A stretch of DNA of 64,000 bases from Methylocystis sp. (GTDB lineage Bacteria > Pseudomonadota > Alphaproteobacteria > Rhizobiales > Beijerinckiaceae), in NCBI GenBank assembly GCA_035319645.1, contig DATHCI010000119.1:32401-96400 (forward strand). Reading direction: 5' to 3'. Every line of letters starts with the position of its first letter. Position 1 is the stretch's first letter. Under the pieces are notes generated by a model. The model was not told the DNA's origin. It did not search any database and saw only the letters and a list, made by a program, of their open reading frames with translations. This document shows, in pieces, positions 18,511-27,804 of this stretch. Both the position numbers and the translations under genes were made by a program.

Positions 18511-19593
18511 ATGGCCGGCGGCGACTTCAACCTGAACGATCTAGACGCGGCGCGCGACGCCGGCGCGCTCGATGACGCGACGCTCGAACGACTGCGCCTT
18601 TTCCTCGGCGCGCGGCGAGAGGCGGCCCAAGCCCAGCACAAACCGCCGCGGCTCGATTTCGTGCATGTGCTCTGGTACCTCGGCGCGCTCATCGTGCTCG
18701 GCGCGATGGGTCTGTTCTCGACAACCGCCTTCGGCCTCTGGGGCCCCAAGGCGCTGCTCGCCACGGCGCTCGTTTACGCCGCGCTCTTTCTTGCAGCGGG
18801 AAGCCATCTCTGGCGGAGGCCCTCGCTGCGCACGCCGGCGGGATTGCTCGTCGCCTGCGCCGTCGGCATGGCGCCGCTCTTCGTCTTCGCTCTGCAGTCG
18901 CTCTACGGCTACGAGCCGGGAGCGGCGCAGAACTACCACGACTTCTTTGTCTGGATTCGATCGAGCTGGCTGCCCATGGAGCTCGCGACGATCGCTTTCG
19001 GGCTCCTCGCGCTCGTCTTTTTTCCCTTTCCCTTCCTCGTCATGATCATCGCCTTCGCGCTCTGGTACATGTCGATGGATCTGACGCCATGGCTTTATGA
19101 GAAAGAGCGCTTCAGCTGGGACGAGCGCGCGAGGGTGAGCCTCTGGTTCGGCCTCGCCATGCTCGTCACGGCCTGGCTCGTGGACCTGAAACGCTGGAAG
19201 GAGGGCGACTTCGCCTTCTGGCTCCACCTCTTCGGCCTCCTGGCCTTTTGGGGCGGCCTGACCTGGCGGCACAGCGACTTCGAATTCGGCAGGGCCGTCT
19301 ATTGTCTCATCAACCTCGGCCTCATTCTGCTCGGCGTGCTGCTTCTGCGCCGTGCGTATCTCGTCTTCGGCGGGCTCGGCGTCACCTTCTACATCAGCCA
19401 CCTTGCCTATGAGGTCTTCAAGGATTCGATCCTGTTCCCCTTCGCGCTCTCCGGCGTCGGCTTGCTCGTCATCGGCGCGGGGCTCCTGCTCTACAAACAC
19501 GGCGACCGGCTGCAACAACTCCTGCTGCGCTGGACTCCCCCGGCGCTGACGCGCCTGCGCCCGGCGCACGCGCGCGAGCAGCCGCCGGGCTGA
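18511..19593 (+). CDS. DUF2157-like multi-pass membrane protein
   Basis: VLWYLGALIVLGAM, DFAFWLHLFG, about 10 TM segments; ATG at 18511 after a G-rich RBS. Confidence 0.8.
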   Translation: MAGGDFNLNDLDAARDAGALDDATLERLRLFLGARREAAQAQHKPPRLDFVHVLWYLGALIVLGAMGLFSTTAFGLWGPKALLATALVYAALFLAAGSHLWRRPSLRTPAGLLVACAVGMAPLFVFALQSLYGYEPGAAQNYHDFFVWIRSSWLPMELATIAFGLLALVFFPFPFLVMIIAFALWYMSMDLTPWLYEKERFSWDERARVSLWFGLAMLVTAWLVDLKRWKEGDFAFWLHLFGLLAFWGGLTWRHSDFEFGRAVYCLINLGLILLGVLLLRRAYLVFGGLGVTFYISHLAYEVFKDSILFPFALSGVGLLVIGAGLLLYKHGDRLQQLLLRWTPPALTRLRPAHAREQPPG

Positions 19594-19605
19594 TGAGGCC
19601 GCGCC

Positions 19606-20706
19606 TCATTCGCAAAGGAGGCGCAGGCCGATCACAAAGCCCGTTTGCTTCAGCAGGCTGTCCTGTACGTCGCCGAGCAGATAGTCGCCCGCGGGGCTTG
19701 TCGTAACGCCCGTGGCGATGAGCGGCTCCTCGACAAATTCTGGATTATTTTCGCGCGGCCCGTTCATGGTGGTGAGCCGCTTGGCGGCGCTCCCGTCCGC
19801 TTTCATCGCCCACCAGTCCGTGCCGAGCATCAGGCGCAGCGGGCGCCGCACGACGTTCTTCGTGCTCATGTAGACGATCCACTCGCCGGAGGGGGTCTTC
19901 ACGATGCGGGGATGCTCGTTGTAGTCGTCGCCCTGCGTGAGCCGCCGGCTCGCGCCGCTCGCAAGGTCGAGCGCGTGGATCTGGCTGCGCCAAAAACTGT
20001 GGCTGTCCTGATCGCTCGCGTAGAACAGCGTCTTGCCATCGCTCGAGAAGGCCCCGGTCTCGTAATAGGCGGGGCCGCCAGGCTGATAGCTCCTAACATT
20101 GGCGAGATGCGGTTCGGGAGCAACGATCAAATCCGCGATCTTCAGCGCGTATTTGCCGCCCTCCTGACGCGCCGACCAGGCGACTTTTTTTCCGTCCGGC
20201 GAGAAGATCGGCGCCAAGGCGCTCTCGTCCCTCGCGTCGGGCTCGTCGGTCAGGCGCCAGACGCGAGCGCCGTCGGCCTGAATCAGCCACAGGTCGTTGT
20301 GACGGCCGAAGCCCGGCAGCGCTTCATAATCGGGCGCGCCGAACAGCCGGCGTCCGCTCCAGCTCGCCTTTTGCGCCGCAAATAGCAGGAATCGCCCATC
20401 CGGGCGCCAGGCGACAGGCCCCTCATGCCTGTCCGGAAGCTCGGGATGGTTGGCGGTCAGGCGGCGCCGCTCGCTCCCGTCCGGCCGCATCAAGAAGATC
20501 TTGTAGTAGCCCTTCGAGTCGGGCTGGAGATAGGCGACGCGATTGGCGGCGACGTTCCAGAGCAGGCCCCAGCCGTTGCGCAGGAACGGCTCGCGATCCA
20601 GCGTCGTCTTCGTCGCCCGATCGAGTGTGCAGGTCGCGGCGGGAGCGGCCTCGGCGCCGGACGCAAGAAAGGAGAGAAAAGCGACCCCCGTGAGTGCCCT
20701 CTTCAT
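19606..20706 (-). CDS. Secreted TolB-like (PD40/WD40-like) beta-propeller protein
   Basis: Signal peptide MKRALTGVAF...AEA; WRPDGRFLLF, FSPDGKKVAW, FSSDGKTLFY repeats; no TolB_N domain. Confidence 0.85.
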   Translation of the reverse strand: MKRALTGVAFLSFLASGAEAAPAATCTLDRATKTTLDREPFLRNGWGLLWNVAANRVAYLQPDSKGYYKIFLMRPDGSERRRLTANHPELPDRHEGPVAWRPDGRFLLFAAQKASWSGRRLFGAPDYEALPGFGRHNDLWLIQADGARVWRLTDEPDARDESALAPIFSPDGKKVAWSARQEGGKYALKIADLIVAPEPHLANVRSYQPGGPAYYETGAFSSDGKTLFYASDQDSHSFWRSQIHALDLASGASRRLTQGDDYNEHPRIVKTPSGEWIVYMSTKNVVRRPLRLMLGTDWWAMKADGSAAKRLTTMNGPRENNPEFVEEPLIATGVTTSPAGDYLLGDVQDSLLKQTGFVIGLRLLCE

Positions 20707-20789
20707 GGCGTAGCGACGTTCTCCCCAAAACGCGTCGTGCTGGGGAATCGCCACAGTCTCGCCGCGAGCCAGCCTTAAGCGCATAGCCC

Positions 20790-21245
20790 ATGTTCGCTCC
20801 CTACCGCCACACGCAAATTGGCCTGATGCTGCGTGTCGCCGCAATTCTTCCCGTCGCGCCGCTGATCGGCCTGGGGTTCATCATTGACAATCCGCTGCCG
20901 CTCACCCTTTTGGCGGCGGTGCTGGTCTTCCTGGCGCTCGCCTTCTCGACGCTCACGATCGAGGTCGCGCCCGGGGTCCTGAGTTGGCGGTTCGGCTTCG
21001 GCCTCTGGCGGCGCAGCGTCCCGCTTGCCGAGATCGCGAGCGTGACGCCCGTGCGCAATCCCTGGTGGTATGGATGGGGCATTCACAAGACGCCGCGCGG
21101 CTGGCTTTATAATGTCAGCGGGCTCCAGGCCGTGGAGATCGTCCTCAAGAGCGGAAGCGTATTCCGGCTCGGCACGGACGAAGCTGCGCGCCTCGCCCGC
21201 GCCCTGACTCCGCAGAACACGCCAGAGCCTTCAAGTTCCGCCTGA
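20790..21245 (+). CDS. Small two-TM membrane protein with PH-like soluble domain
   Basis: Two TMs, then FSTLTIEV, W.FG.G, WWYGWGI, LYNVSG..AVEI, GTDE. Confidence 0.8.
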   Translation: MFAPYRHTQIGLMLRVAAILPVAPLIGLGFIIDNPLPLTLLAAVLVFLALAFSTLTIEVAPGVLSWRFGFGLWRRSVPLAEIASVTPVRNPWWYGWGIHKTPRGWLYNVSGLQAVEIVLKSGSVFRLGTDEAARLARALTPQNTPEPSSSA

Positions 21246-21292
21246 TGCGGTTTCCGCTCGCCGGGCTTTCGCCGCTAGCGGGGAGCGATGCG

Positions 21293-21640
21293 TCAGCCCT
21301 TGGACGCCTTGGGGTTTTTCCAACATTTTTGCAATGGCTTGATGAAGCCCTTGCCATCATCGGGCGAATTCGGCGCCTCGAAGCACGTCGCGTCGTTGCC
21401 GGCCGCGCTCAGTGGCTGCAACCCCATCTCCTTCAGACAATGTTCGACCTGCTCTCCCACCGCAAAATGTCTCTGTTCGTCAGATAAGGTCGAGGTCTCA
21501 AGCGCGTTGTGAGCATTTAGCTGGCAGTCCATCATGATCTGCCCCATCGCGGGGTCTCCCCCCTCGCCCTCGCAGCCCGACAGCAAGGTCAAGCTCGCCC
21601 CGAGCGCGAGCGCGCACGCTCCCGTCAATCTCCGCGCCAT
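21293..21640 (-). CDS. Small lipoprotein with four additional Cys
   Basis: Lipobox LSGC after a hydrophobic stretch; RBS GGAGGGG before ATG 21640. Confidence 0.8.
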   Translation of the reverse strand: MARRLTGACALALGASLTLLSGCEGEGGDPAMGQIMMDCQLNAHNALETSTLSDEQRHFAVGEQVEHCLKEMGLQPLSAAGNDATCFEAPNSPDDGKGFIKPLQKCWKNPKASKG

Positions 21641-21725
21641 GTTCCCCTCCCTTGTTATTCGCTCCCCTTCTTTTTTTGGGAGAGCCATTGCCGGACAGCT
21701 TAGGGAATTCGGACAGGGGATCAAG

Positions 21726-21755
21726 CACAAAGCTCTGAGACACAAAGCTCTGAGA
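21726..21755. repeat. Perfect 15-bp tandem duplication CACAAAGCTCTGAGA x2
   Basis: Read directly; lies upstream of the lipoprotein gene. Confidence 0.9.
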
Positions 21756-21841
21756 TCAGCGGATCGGAAAAAGCGTCCGTCCGCCGTCGCTCATCGCGCG
21801 GCGGACCGGCTCGAACGTGAAGCAAGACTTGGCGACGACCG

Positions 21842-22339
21842 CTACTCGCCCCATTCGCAGTTGCAGCTGCGCGTGATCAGACGATATCGGGTCGTCGGCA
21901 CATATTCGACCGAGTTGACCTGCTGGTAGGCGGTGACCGGCACGTAGCTCGTCCTGATGGTCGGCTGATAGACGGTGGTCGGCACGGCGTAGACGTTGGT
22001 GTAGCTGTCTCCGTAGGCCGGGGCCGCGGCGTAGCCGCCTTCCGCATAGCCGACCCCGCCGTAATCGCCGCCGCCGTAGTAGCCGCCGTAGGCCCAGCGA
22101 CGATGGTACGCGTAGCGGCCTGCGTAAAGCCCATAGCGCGGGCCGTAGGCATGCCGCCAGTAGCCGTGACGATAGCCGTAGCCGGCGCCGACCCAGCCGT
22201 GGCGGTAGCCGCCATAGCGATAGCCGACGTAATGGCCGCCGCCGCGATAGTACCAGGCGTCCGCCGGAAGCGCGACGACGACGCCCGTCGCCGCCAATCC
22301 GAGAACGCTGGCGGCGCGAACGATCGAGCTGAAACTCAT
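21842..22339 (-). CDS. Secreted Gly/Tyr/Arg/His-rich low-complexity protein
   Basis: Signal peptide ending ADA; G/Y-rich block; three 14-aa VP-T-x-Y repeats; C-terminal CNC; RBS AGAGGGG. Confidence 0.8.
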   Translation of the reverse strand: MSFSSIVRAASVLGLAATGVVVALPADAWYYRGGGHYVGYRYGGYRHGWVGAGYGYRHGYWRHAYGPRYGLYAGRYAYHRRWAYGGYYGGGDYGGVGYAEGGYAAAPAYGDSYTNVYAVPTTVYQPTIRTSYVPVTAYQQVNSVEYVPTTRYRLITRSCNCEWGE

Positions 22340-22770
22340 GACATGCCCCTCTGTTTCAAATCGAGCCAATCTCTGGGCGACCTGTCCCGGATCGGTCGAG
22401 TAACGCGCTCCGCTCTGGCGCTCGCCCAGAACGCGCAAAAAGCGCGCCCCGCGGCGCCGAGGGGGCCGAAACTTCGCGTCGGACACCGGCTTTCCAGCGG
22501 CTCCCGGGCAGAATCAGGACAAAACATTGCACTTTTTCAAATTAATATGGTCGAACTTGTCTCTTCGCCGCCCCGTCGAGAACTACCCTGCGCTCTCTGA
22601 AAAAGCGACAGGCGCTCGGACACGCCCCGCGAGCGCGCCGGAACGCCTGCGGCATGTTCTTGCGACCTTGGTGAAATAAGCTAGAACTGCGGCCGCGACG
22701 CGACAGCCTCTCGACGCGGAGGCGGGAGATTTCGCAATTTTCGCTTCAATCGACCTGAGAGGAGCACATT

Positions 22771-23754
22771 GTGATCTTGGTGACCGGCGCAGCAGGATTC
22801 ATCGGCTCAAACATCGTCGCCGAGCTCAACGACCGCGGCGTGAGGGATGTCGTTCTCTGCGACTGGCTGCTCGACGACTTGCGCTGGCAGAACCTCGGCA
22901 AACGCATTTTCATCGATTTCGTTTTTCCCGAGGACCTTGCCGGATGGCTCGATCGCCAGAACGACGTCGAGGCCGTGATTCACATGGGCGCCAACTCCTC
23001 GACGACCGTCGTCGACGGCGACGAGATCCTGCGCAAGAATTTTCTGTTCACGCTGCGCCTCATCGATTGGTGCGCCAGCGCCAAGGTTCCCCTGGTCTAC
23101 GCCTCTTCCGCGGCGACCTATGGCGACGGCGGGAACGGCTTCGACGACGGCTTCTCGCTCCAAGCGCTGCGCCGTCTTCGTCCGCTCAATCTCTATGGGT
23201 GGAGCAAGCACCAGATCGACCTCGTCGTCGCCCATCGCCAGGCCTCTGGCGGCGCGCTGCCGCCGAAATGCATCGGCCTCAAATTCTTCAACGTCTATGG
23301 GCAGAACGAATATCACAAGGGCGACATGGCGAGCGTCGTCTGCAAGCTCTTCGGCGCGGCGCGCCGCGGCGAGACCGTGACGCTCTTCGAGAGTCATCGC
23401 GAAGGCGTCCCGCACGGCGGGCAGCGTCGCGACTTCATCTATGTCGATGACGTCGTGAACATCGTCATGTGGGGGCTCGAGACGGCGCCGATCGTCGACG
23501 TGCTTAACGTCGGCACGGGAGTCGCGCGCAGCTTCGCCGAGCTCGCCGAGGCGCTGTTCTCGGCGGTGGGAAAGCCTGCGGACATCCGTTACAAGCCGAT
23601 GCCGGAAGTGCTGCGCGACCGCTATCAGTATTTCACGCAGGCGTCGGTCGATCGGCTTCGCGCGGCGGGGTTCGACCGCCCCTTCACGACGCTCGAAGAT
23701 GGGGTTTCGCGCTACGTGCAGCGCTACCTCGCCGCCCCCGATCGTTACCGCTGA
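22771..23754 (+). CDS. hldD: ADP-L-glycero-D-manno-heptose 6-epimerase
   Basis: TGAAGFIGSN, YASSAATYG, PLNLYGWSK, FFNVYG.NEYHKG.MAS, YQYFTQA. Confidence 0.96.
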   Translation: MILVTGAAGFIGSNIVAELNDRGVRDVVLCDWLLDDLRWQNLGKRIFIDFVFPEDLAGWLDRQNDVEAVIHMGANSSTTVVDGDEILRKNFLFTLRLIDWCASAKVPLVYASSAATYGDGGNGFDDGFSLQALRRLRPLNLYGWSKHQIDLVVAHRQASGGALPPKCIGLKFFNVYGQNEYHKGDMASVVCKLFGAARRGETVTLFESHREGVPHGGQRRDFIYVDDVVNIVMWGLETAPIVDVLNVGTGVARSFAELAEALFSAVGKPADIRYKPMPEVLRDRYQYFTQASVDRLRAAGFDRPFTTLEDGVSRYVQRYLAAPDRYR

Positions 23755-23784
23755 CGATCTCGTCGCCTGAACCCCGGAGCCGTC

Positions 23785-25233
23785 ATGGCCGCAAAGCTCG
23801 TGCAAAGCCTGGCCAGCCGCAAGGTCGCGGTCATCGGCGACCTCATTCTCGACATCTACCTGCATGGCGCCGTCGACCGCATCTCGCCGGAAGCGCCGGT
23901 GCCCATCATCAAGTGGAAGTCCGAGCGGGCCGCGCCGGGCGGCGCGGCGAATGTCGCGGCCAATATCGCGGCGATCGGCGCCGCGCCGCATCTCGTCGGC
24001 GTCGCCGGCGACGACGAAGCCTTTCGCGAGCTCGCCGCCTTGCTGCAAACCTTCGGCGGCGTTGAGCTCGCGGGCGTCCTGCTCGCCGATGGACGCGCCA
24101 CGACCAGGAAGCTGCGCGTCGTCGGACAGGCGCAGCAGATCCTGCGCATCGATCGCGAGGATGACCATCCGCTCGACAATCGGCTCGAGACGCGCCTCAT
24201 CGAGACGGCGCGGGCGGCGATCGACGCCTGCGAGATCGCGGTGCTCTCGGACTACGGCAAGGGCGCGCTGACGGATCGCGTGCTCGCGAGCTGCATCGCG
24301 CACGCGAACGCGAACGGCAAGCAGATCGTCGTCGATCCGAAGCGGCGTGACCTTTCAGCCTATCGGGGCGCGACGCTCATCACGCCGAACCGCGCGGAGC
24401 TCGCGGCGGCGACCGGTCTCGCCTGCGAGACGGACGCGCAGGCGGCGCTGGCTGCAGCCAAGGCGCGCGACGCGACGGAAAGCGACATCCTGCTCACGCG
24501 CTCCGAGAAAGGCATGTCCTATTTCTCCCGCTTGGGCGAGGCCATCCATCTTCCGACCGCGGCGAAAGCGGTCTTCGACGTCTCGGGCGCAGGCGACACC
24601 GTCGTCGCCATGCTGGCCGCCTGCCTCGCCGCCGATCTCCCGATGGTCGAGGCGATGAAGATCGCAAATCACGCCGCGGGCGTCGTCGTCGGCAAGTTCG
24701 GCACCGCGGCCCTGACTCCGCAGGAGCTCCTGGCGTCGCTCGCGGCCTCGCACATGGAGGATGTCCAGGACGGGCGGCTGCTCTCGCTGGAGGACGCTTG
24801 CGCGCTGCGCAACGCCTGGCGCGATCAGGGCTATTCCGTGGGCGTCGCCAACGGCTGCTTCGACCTCGTGCATCCGGGCCATGTCTCGCTGATCGCGCAG
24901 GCCTCCGCCGCTTGCGACCGCCTCGTCTTGGCGCTGAATTCGGACGCCTCGACCCGCCGGCTCAAGGGGCCGACCAGGCCGGTGCAGAGCGAGCAGGCGC
25001 GCGCCGAAGTGGCGGGAGCGCTGAAAGGGGTGGCCGCCGTCGTGCTGTTCGGGGAGGACACGCCGCTCGAACTGCTCGAGGCGCTGCAGCCGGACGTTCT
25101 GGTCAAGGGCGCCGACTATCAGGAGCACGAGATCGTCGGCGCCGACGGCGTGCGCGCGCGCGGCGGCCGAGTCCTGCGCGCGACGCTCGTCGATGGACAA
25201 TCGACGACCCGGCTGCTGGCGAAGTCGACCTGA
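23785..25233 (+). CDS. hldE: Bifunctional heptose-7-phosphate kinase / heptose-1-phosphate adenylyltransferase
   Basis: RISPEAPVP, SDYGKG, DVSGAGDT, NGCFDLVHPGH, VKGADY. Confidence 0.96.
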   Translation: MAAKLVQSLASRKVAVIGDLILDIYLHGAVDRISPEAPVPIIKWKSERAAPGGAANVAANIAAIGAAPHLVGVAGDDEAFRELAALLQTFGGVELAGVLLADGRATTRKLRVVGQAQQILRIDREDDHPLDNRLETRLIETARAAIDACEIAVLSDYGKGALTDRVLASCIAHANANGKQIVVDPKRRDLSAYRGATLITPNRAELAAATGLACETDAQAALAAAKARDATESDILLTRSEKGMSYFSRLGEAIHLPTAAKAVFDVSGAGDTVVAMLAACLAADLPMVEAMKIANHAAGVVVGKFGTAALTPQELLASLAASHMEDVQDGRLLSLEDACALRNAWRDQGYSVGVANGCFDLVHPGHVSLIAQASAACDRLVLALNSDASTRRLKGPTRPVQSEQARAEVAGALKGVAAVVLFGEDTPLELLEALQPDVLVKGADYQEHEIVGADGVRARGGRVLRATLVDGQSTTRLLAKST

Positions 25234-25478
25234 CCGAAATCGGCTTTGATCCGCGGCGATCGGCGGGGGCGGCCCCCCTGCTTCAATTTCGCGTGGGTAA
25301 CAGTGGCGACAAACTTCCGCGGTCGCCAAACTGATCTTGGAGAAGAGTTGTGTCGCAACGTTGGCGTTAACCTTTGCGTCAGGACCGTTTCAACTTGATT
25401 TTCGAACGATGTTATGAAAATTTATTCGATCTTTAGCGCTGGTGCGTTCCGCGCGTGGGAAGGCGGCGAGTGTCGGCC

Positions 25479-26045
25479 ATGGGCCCTGCATCAATTCGTG
25501 GGAGGACGCGCGTCCTGTCGGCGATCTGCGCCTTGACGCTCGTGCAAGCGTGGCCTACCGACGCCGCCTCAGAGGTAAGACTAAGGGGGAACGCCCGCGC
25601 GATCAGCGTGGACATGAAGGACGGCTCCGTCAAGGAGCTCTTGACCGCGCTGAAGGGAAAGTTCCACCTCGACTATCGATCCTCGGTCGATCTCGACCGA
25701 CCGCTGTCGGGCAGCTTCAGGGGAAGCTTGCGGCAGGTGGTCTCTGACGCCCTTTTTCAAAAGGACTTCAACTTCGTCTATAAAGTTGCGCCCGAAGGCG
25801 ACAGGGTGCGCATCTACGGGGAAAACGCCGCCGTGGCGAAGACGGACGGGGGAAAGCCTGCTTCGGCGCAGGCCGAGGCGCCGGCCGCGCCGCCGCCAGC
25901 GCCCGTCGCATCGCCTCCGCCCGTCACGCCAACCGCCGCTGCGCCCTCGTCGCTGTCGCCCAATTTGCAGGCGCTGATCATGCGACTGCCGCCGAATTCC
26001 GCGGCGATGCGACGCATCTTGCAGCGGCTTCAGACGCAGCCATAG
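25479..26045 (+). CDS. Hypothetical exported protein (N0/STN-like domain plus Pro-rich tail)
   Basis: Signal-like N-terminus; ISVDMKDGSVKELLTAL..F...Y...LSGSFRGSL pattern resembles secretin-N0/STN domains; start codon uncertain. Confidence 0.65.
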   Translation: MGPASIRGRTRVLSAICALTLVQAWPTDAASEVRLRGNARAISVDMKDGSVKELLTALKGKFHLDYRSSVDLDRPLSGSFRGSLRQVVSDALFQKDFNFVYKVAPEGDRVRIYGENAAVAKTDGGKPASAQAEAPAAPPPAPVASPPPVTPTAAAPSSLSPNLQALIMRLPPNSAAMRRILQRLQTQP

Positions 26046-26097
26046 GCCGCTGAAGGTTGATCGCGCGCTCTGGGCGTCGAGAGGCTCGTCACGCCGA

Positions 26098-26130
26098 GTC
26101 CCAAGCATCCCACCGTCCCAAGCATCCCAC
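26098..26130. repeat. 16-bp direct repeat GTCCCAAGCATCCCAC x2 (17-bp period)
   Basis: Read directly; lies upstream of prfC. Confidence 0.9.
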
Positions 26131-26199
26131 TCGCTTCCGCGCGCGGATCGGGCTAATACCGCGGCGCGCCCGACCTCCGAGAGATCCCAGACCCCCCTC

Positions 26200-27801
26200 A
26201 TGAACGCCCCCGCCGCAACCGCCGGTTTCGCCGACCCCATCGCGCGGCGGCGCACCTTCGCGATCATCTCGCATCCCGACGCCGGCAAGACCACGCTCAC
26301 GGAAAAACTGCTGCTCTATGGCGGCGCGATTCAGCTTGCAGGTGAAGTGCGCGCCAAGCGCAACAGCGCGCAGACCCGTTCCGACTGGATGTCGATCGAA
26401 CGCGAGCGCGGCATCTCGGTCGTGACCTCGGTCATGACCTTCGAATATGCCGGTTGCGTTTTCAACCTGCTCGACACGCCTGGGCACGAGGACTTTTCCG
26501 AGGACACATATCGCACGCTCTCCGCCGTCGACGCCGCGGTCATGGTCATCGACGCGGCCAAAGGCATCGAGGCGCGCACGCGCAAGCTCTTCGAGGTGTG
26601 CCGGCTGCGCGACATCCCGATCGTGACCTTCGTCAACAAGCTCGACCGCGAAGCCCGCGATCCCTTCGAGCTCCTGGACGAGATCGAGAAGACGCTGGCG
26701 CTCGACGCCTCGCCCATCACCTGGCCGATCAGCCGCGGCAAGACCTTCGCCGGCACCTATCGCTTCGCGACCAAGACCGTGCGGCGGCTGGAGGGCGACG
26801 ACGAGCCGCTGCCCGTGACGGGGCTCGACGATCCCGCTCTGACCGCTTTGCTCCCGCCCTTCGAGGCCGCGGCCTGGCGCGAAGAGGCGGAGCTCGCCGA
26901 GGCCGGCGCGAAGCCCTTCGATCTGGCGGCCTTCCGCGAGGGCCATCTGACGCCGGCGTTCTTCGGCAGCGCGCTGAAGAACTTCGGGGTCAAGGATCTG
27001 CTCGATGCGATGGCGGCCTATGCGCCGCCGCCGCGCGGCCAGGCCGCCGACAAGCGCCGCGTCGAGGCCGGCGAGCCGAAGATGACCGGCTTCGTCTTCA
27101 AGATTCAGGCGAACATGGATCCGAACCACCGCGACCGCATCGCCTTTCTGCGCGTCTGCTCGGGGCGGCTGACGCGCGGCATGAAGGCGAAGCTCGTGCG
27201 CACGGGCAAAGCCGTCAGCATCACGGCGCCGCAGTTCTTCTTCGCGCGCGACCGCTCCATCGCCGACGAGGCCTATGCCGGCGACGTCGTGGGCATTCCC
27301 AATCACGGGCTGCTGCGCATCGGCGACACGCTGACCGAGGGAGAGGAACTCGCCTTTCGCGGCGTGCCGAGCTTCGCGCCCGAGATTTTGCGGCGCATCG
27401 CCATCGGCGACGCCATGAAGGCCAAGAAGCTGCGCGAAGCCCTGCGCCAGCTTGCCGAGGAAGGCGTCGTGCAGCTGTTCACGCCGCAGGATGGGTCCGG
27501 CGCGATCGTCGGCGTCGTCGGCGCGCTGCAGCTCGACGTGCTCGCGACGCGGCTGGATGCGGAATATGGGCTGCCGATCCGCTACGAGACCACGCGCTTC
27601 ACGCTCGCCCGCTGGATCTCCTCCGAGGACAAGACCGCGCTCAAGAAATTCATCGATTCGAGCCTCTCCGCGATCGCGCAGGACATCGACGACGATCCCG
27701 TATTCCTTGCGCCCTCGGCTTATTCGCTGCGCTATGATGAGGAGCGCAATCCGGCGATCGCCTTTTCCGACGTCAAGGACTATCAGAAGGGAGCGGCCTA
27801 G
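26200..27801 (+). CDS. prfC: Peptide chain release factor 3
   Basis: RRTFAIISHPDAGKTT, DTPGHEDFSEDTYR, NKLD, FKIQANMDPNHRDR. Confidence 0.98.
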   Translation: MNAPAATAGFADPIARRRTFAIISHPDAGKTTLTEKLLLYGGAIQLAGEVRAKRNSAQTRSDWMSIERERGISVVTSVMTFEYAGCVFNLLDTPGHEDFSEDTYRTLSAVDAAVMVIDAAKGIEARTRKLFEVCRLRDIPIVTFVNKLDREARDPFELLDEIEKTLALDASPITWPISRGKTFAGTYRFATKTVRRLEGDDEPLPVTGLDDPALTALLPPFEAAAWREEAELAEAGAKPFDLAAFREGHLTPAFFGSALKNFGVKDLLDAMAAYAPPPRGQAADKRRVEAGEPKMTGFVFKIQANMDPNHRDRIAFLRVCSGRLTRGMKAKLVRTGKAVSITAPQFFFARDRSIADEAYAGDVVGIPNHGLLRIGDTLTEGEELAFRGVPSFAPEILRRIAIGDAMKAKKLREALRQLAEEGVVQLFTPQDGSGAIVGVVGALQLDVLATRLDAEYGLPIRYETTRFTLARWISSEDKTALKKFIDSSLSAIAQDIDDDPVFLAPSAYSLRYDEERNPAIAFSDVKDYQKGAA

Positions 27802-27804
27802 CCC

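Noticed and set aside
21842-22339. G/Y-rich protein as a RiPP precursor
   Set aside because: It has a Sec signal, is 165 aa long, and no modifying enzymes or transporter are adjacent.
21726-26130. Direct repeats as mini-CRISPR arrays
   Set aside because: Two adjacent copies without spacers, unrelated to each other, and no cas genes.
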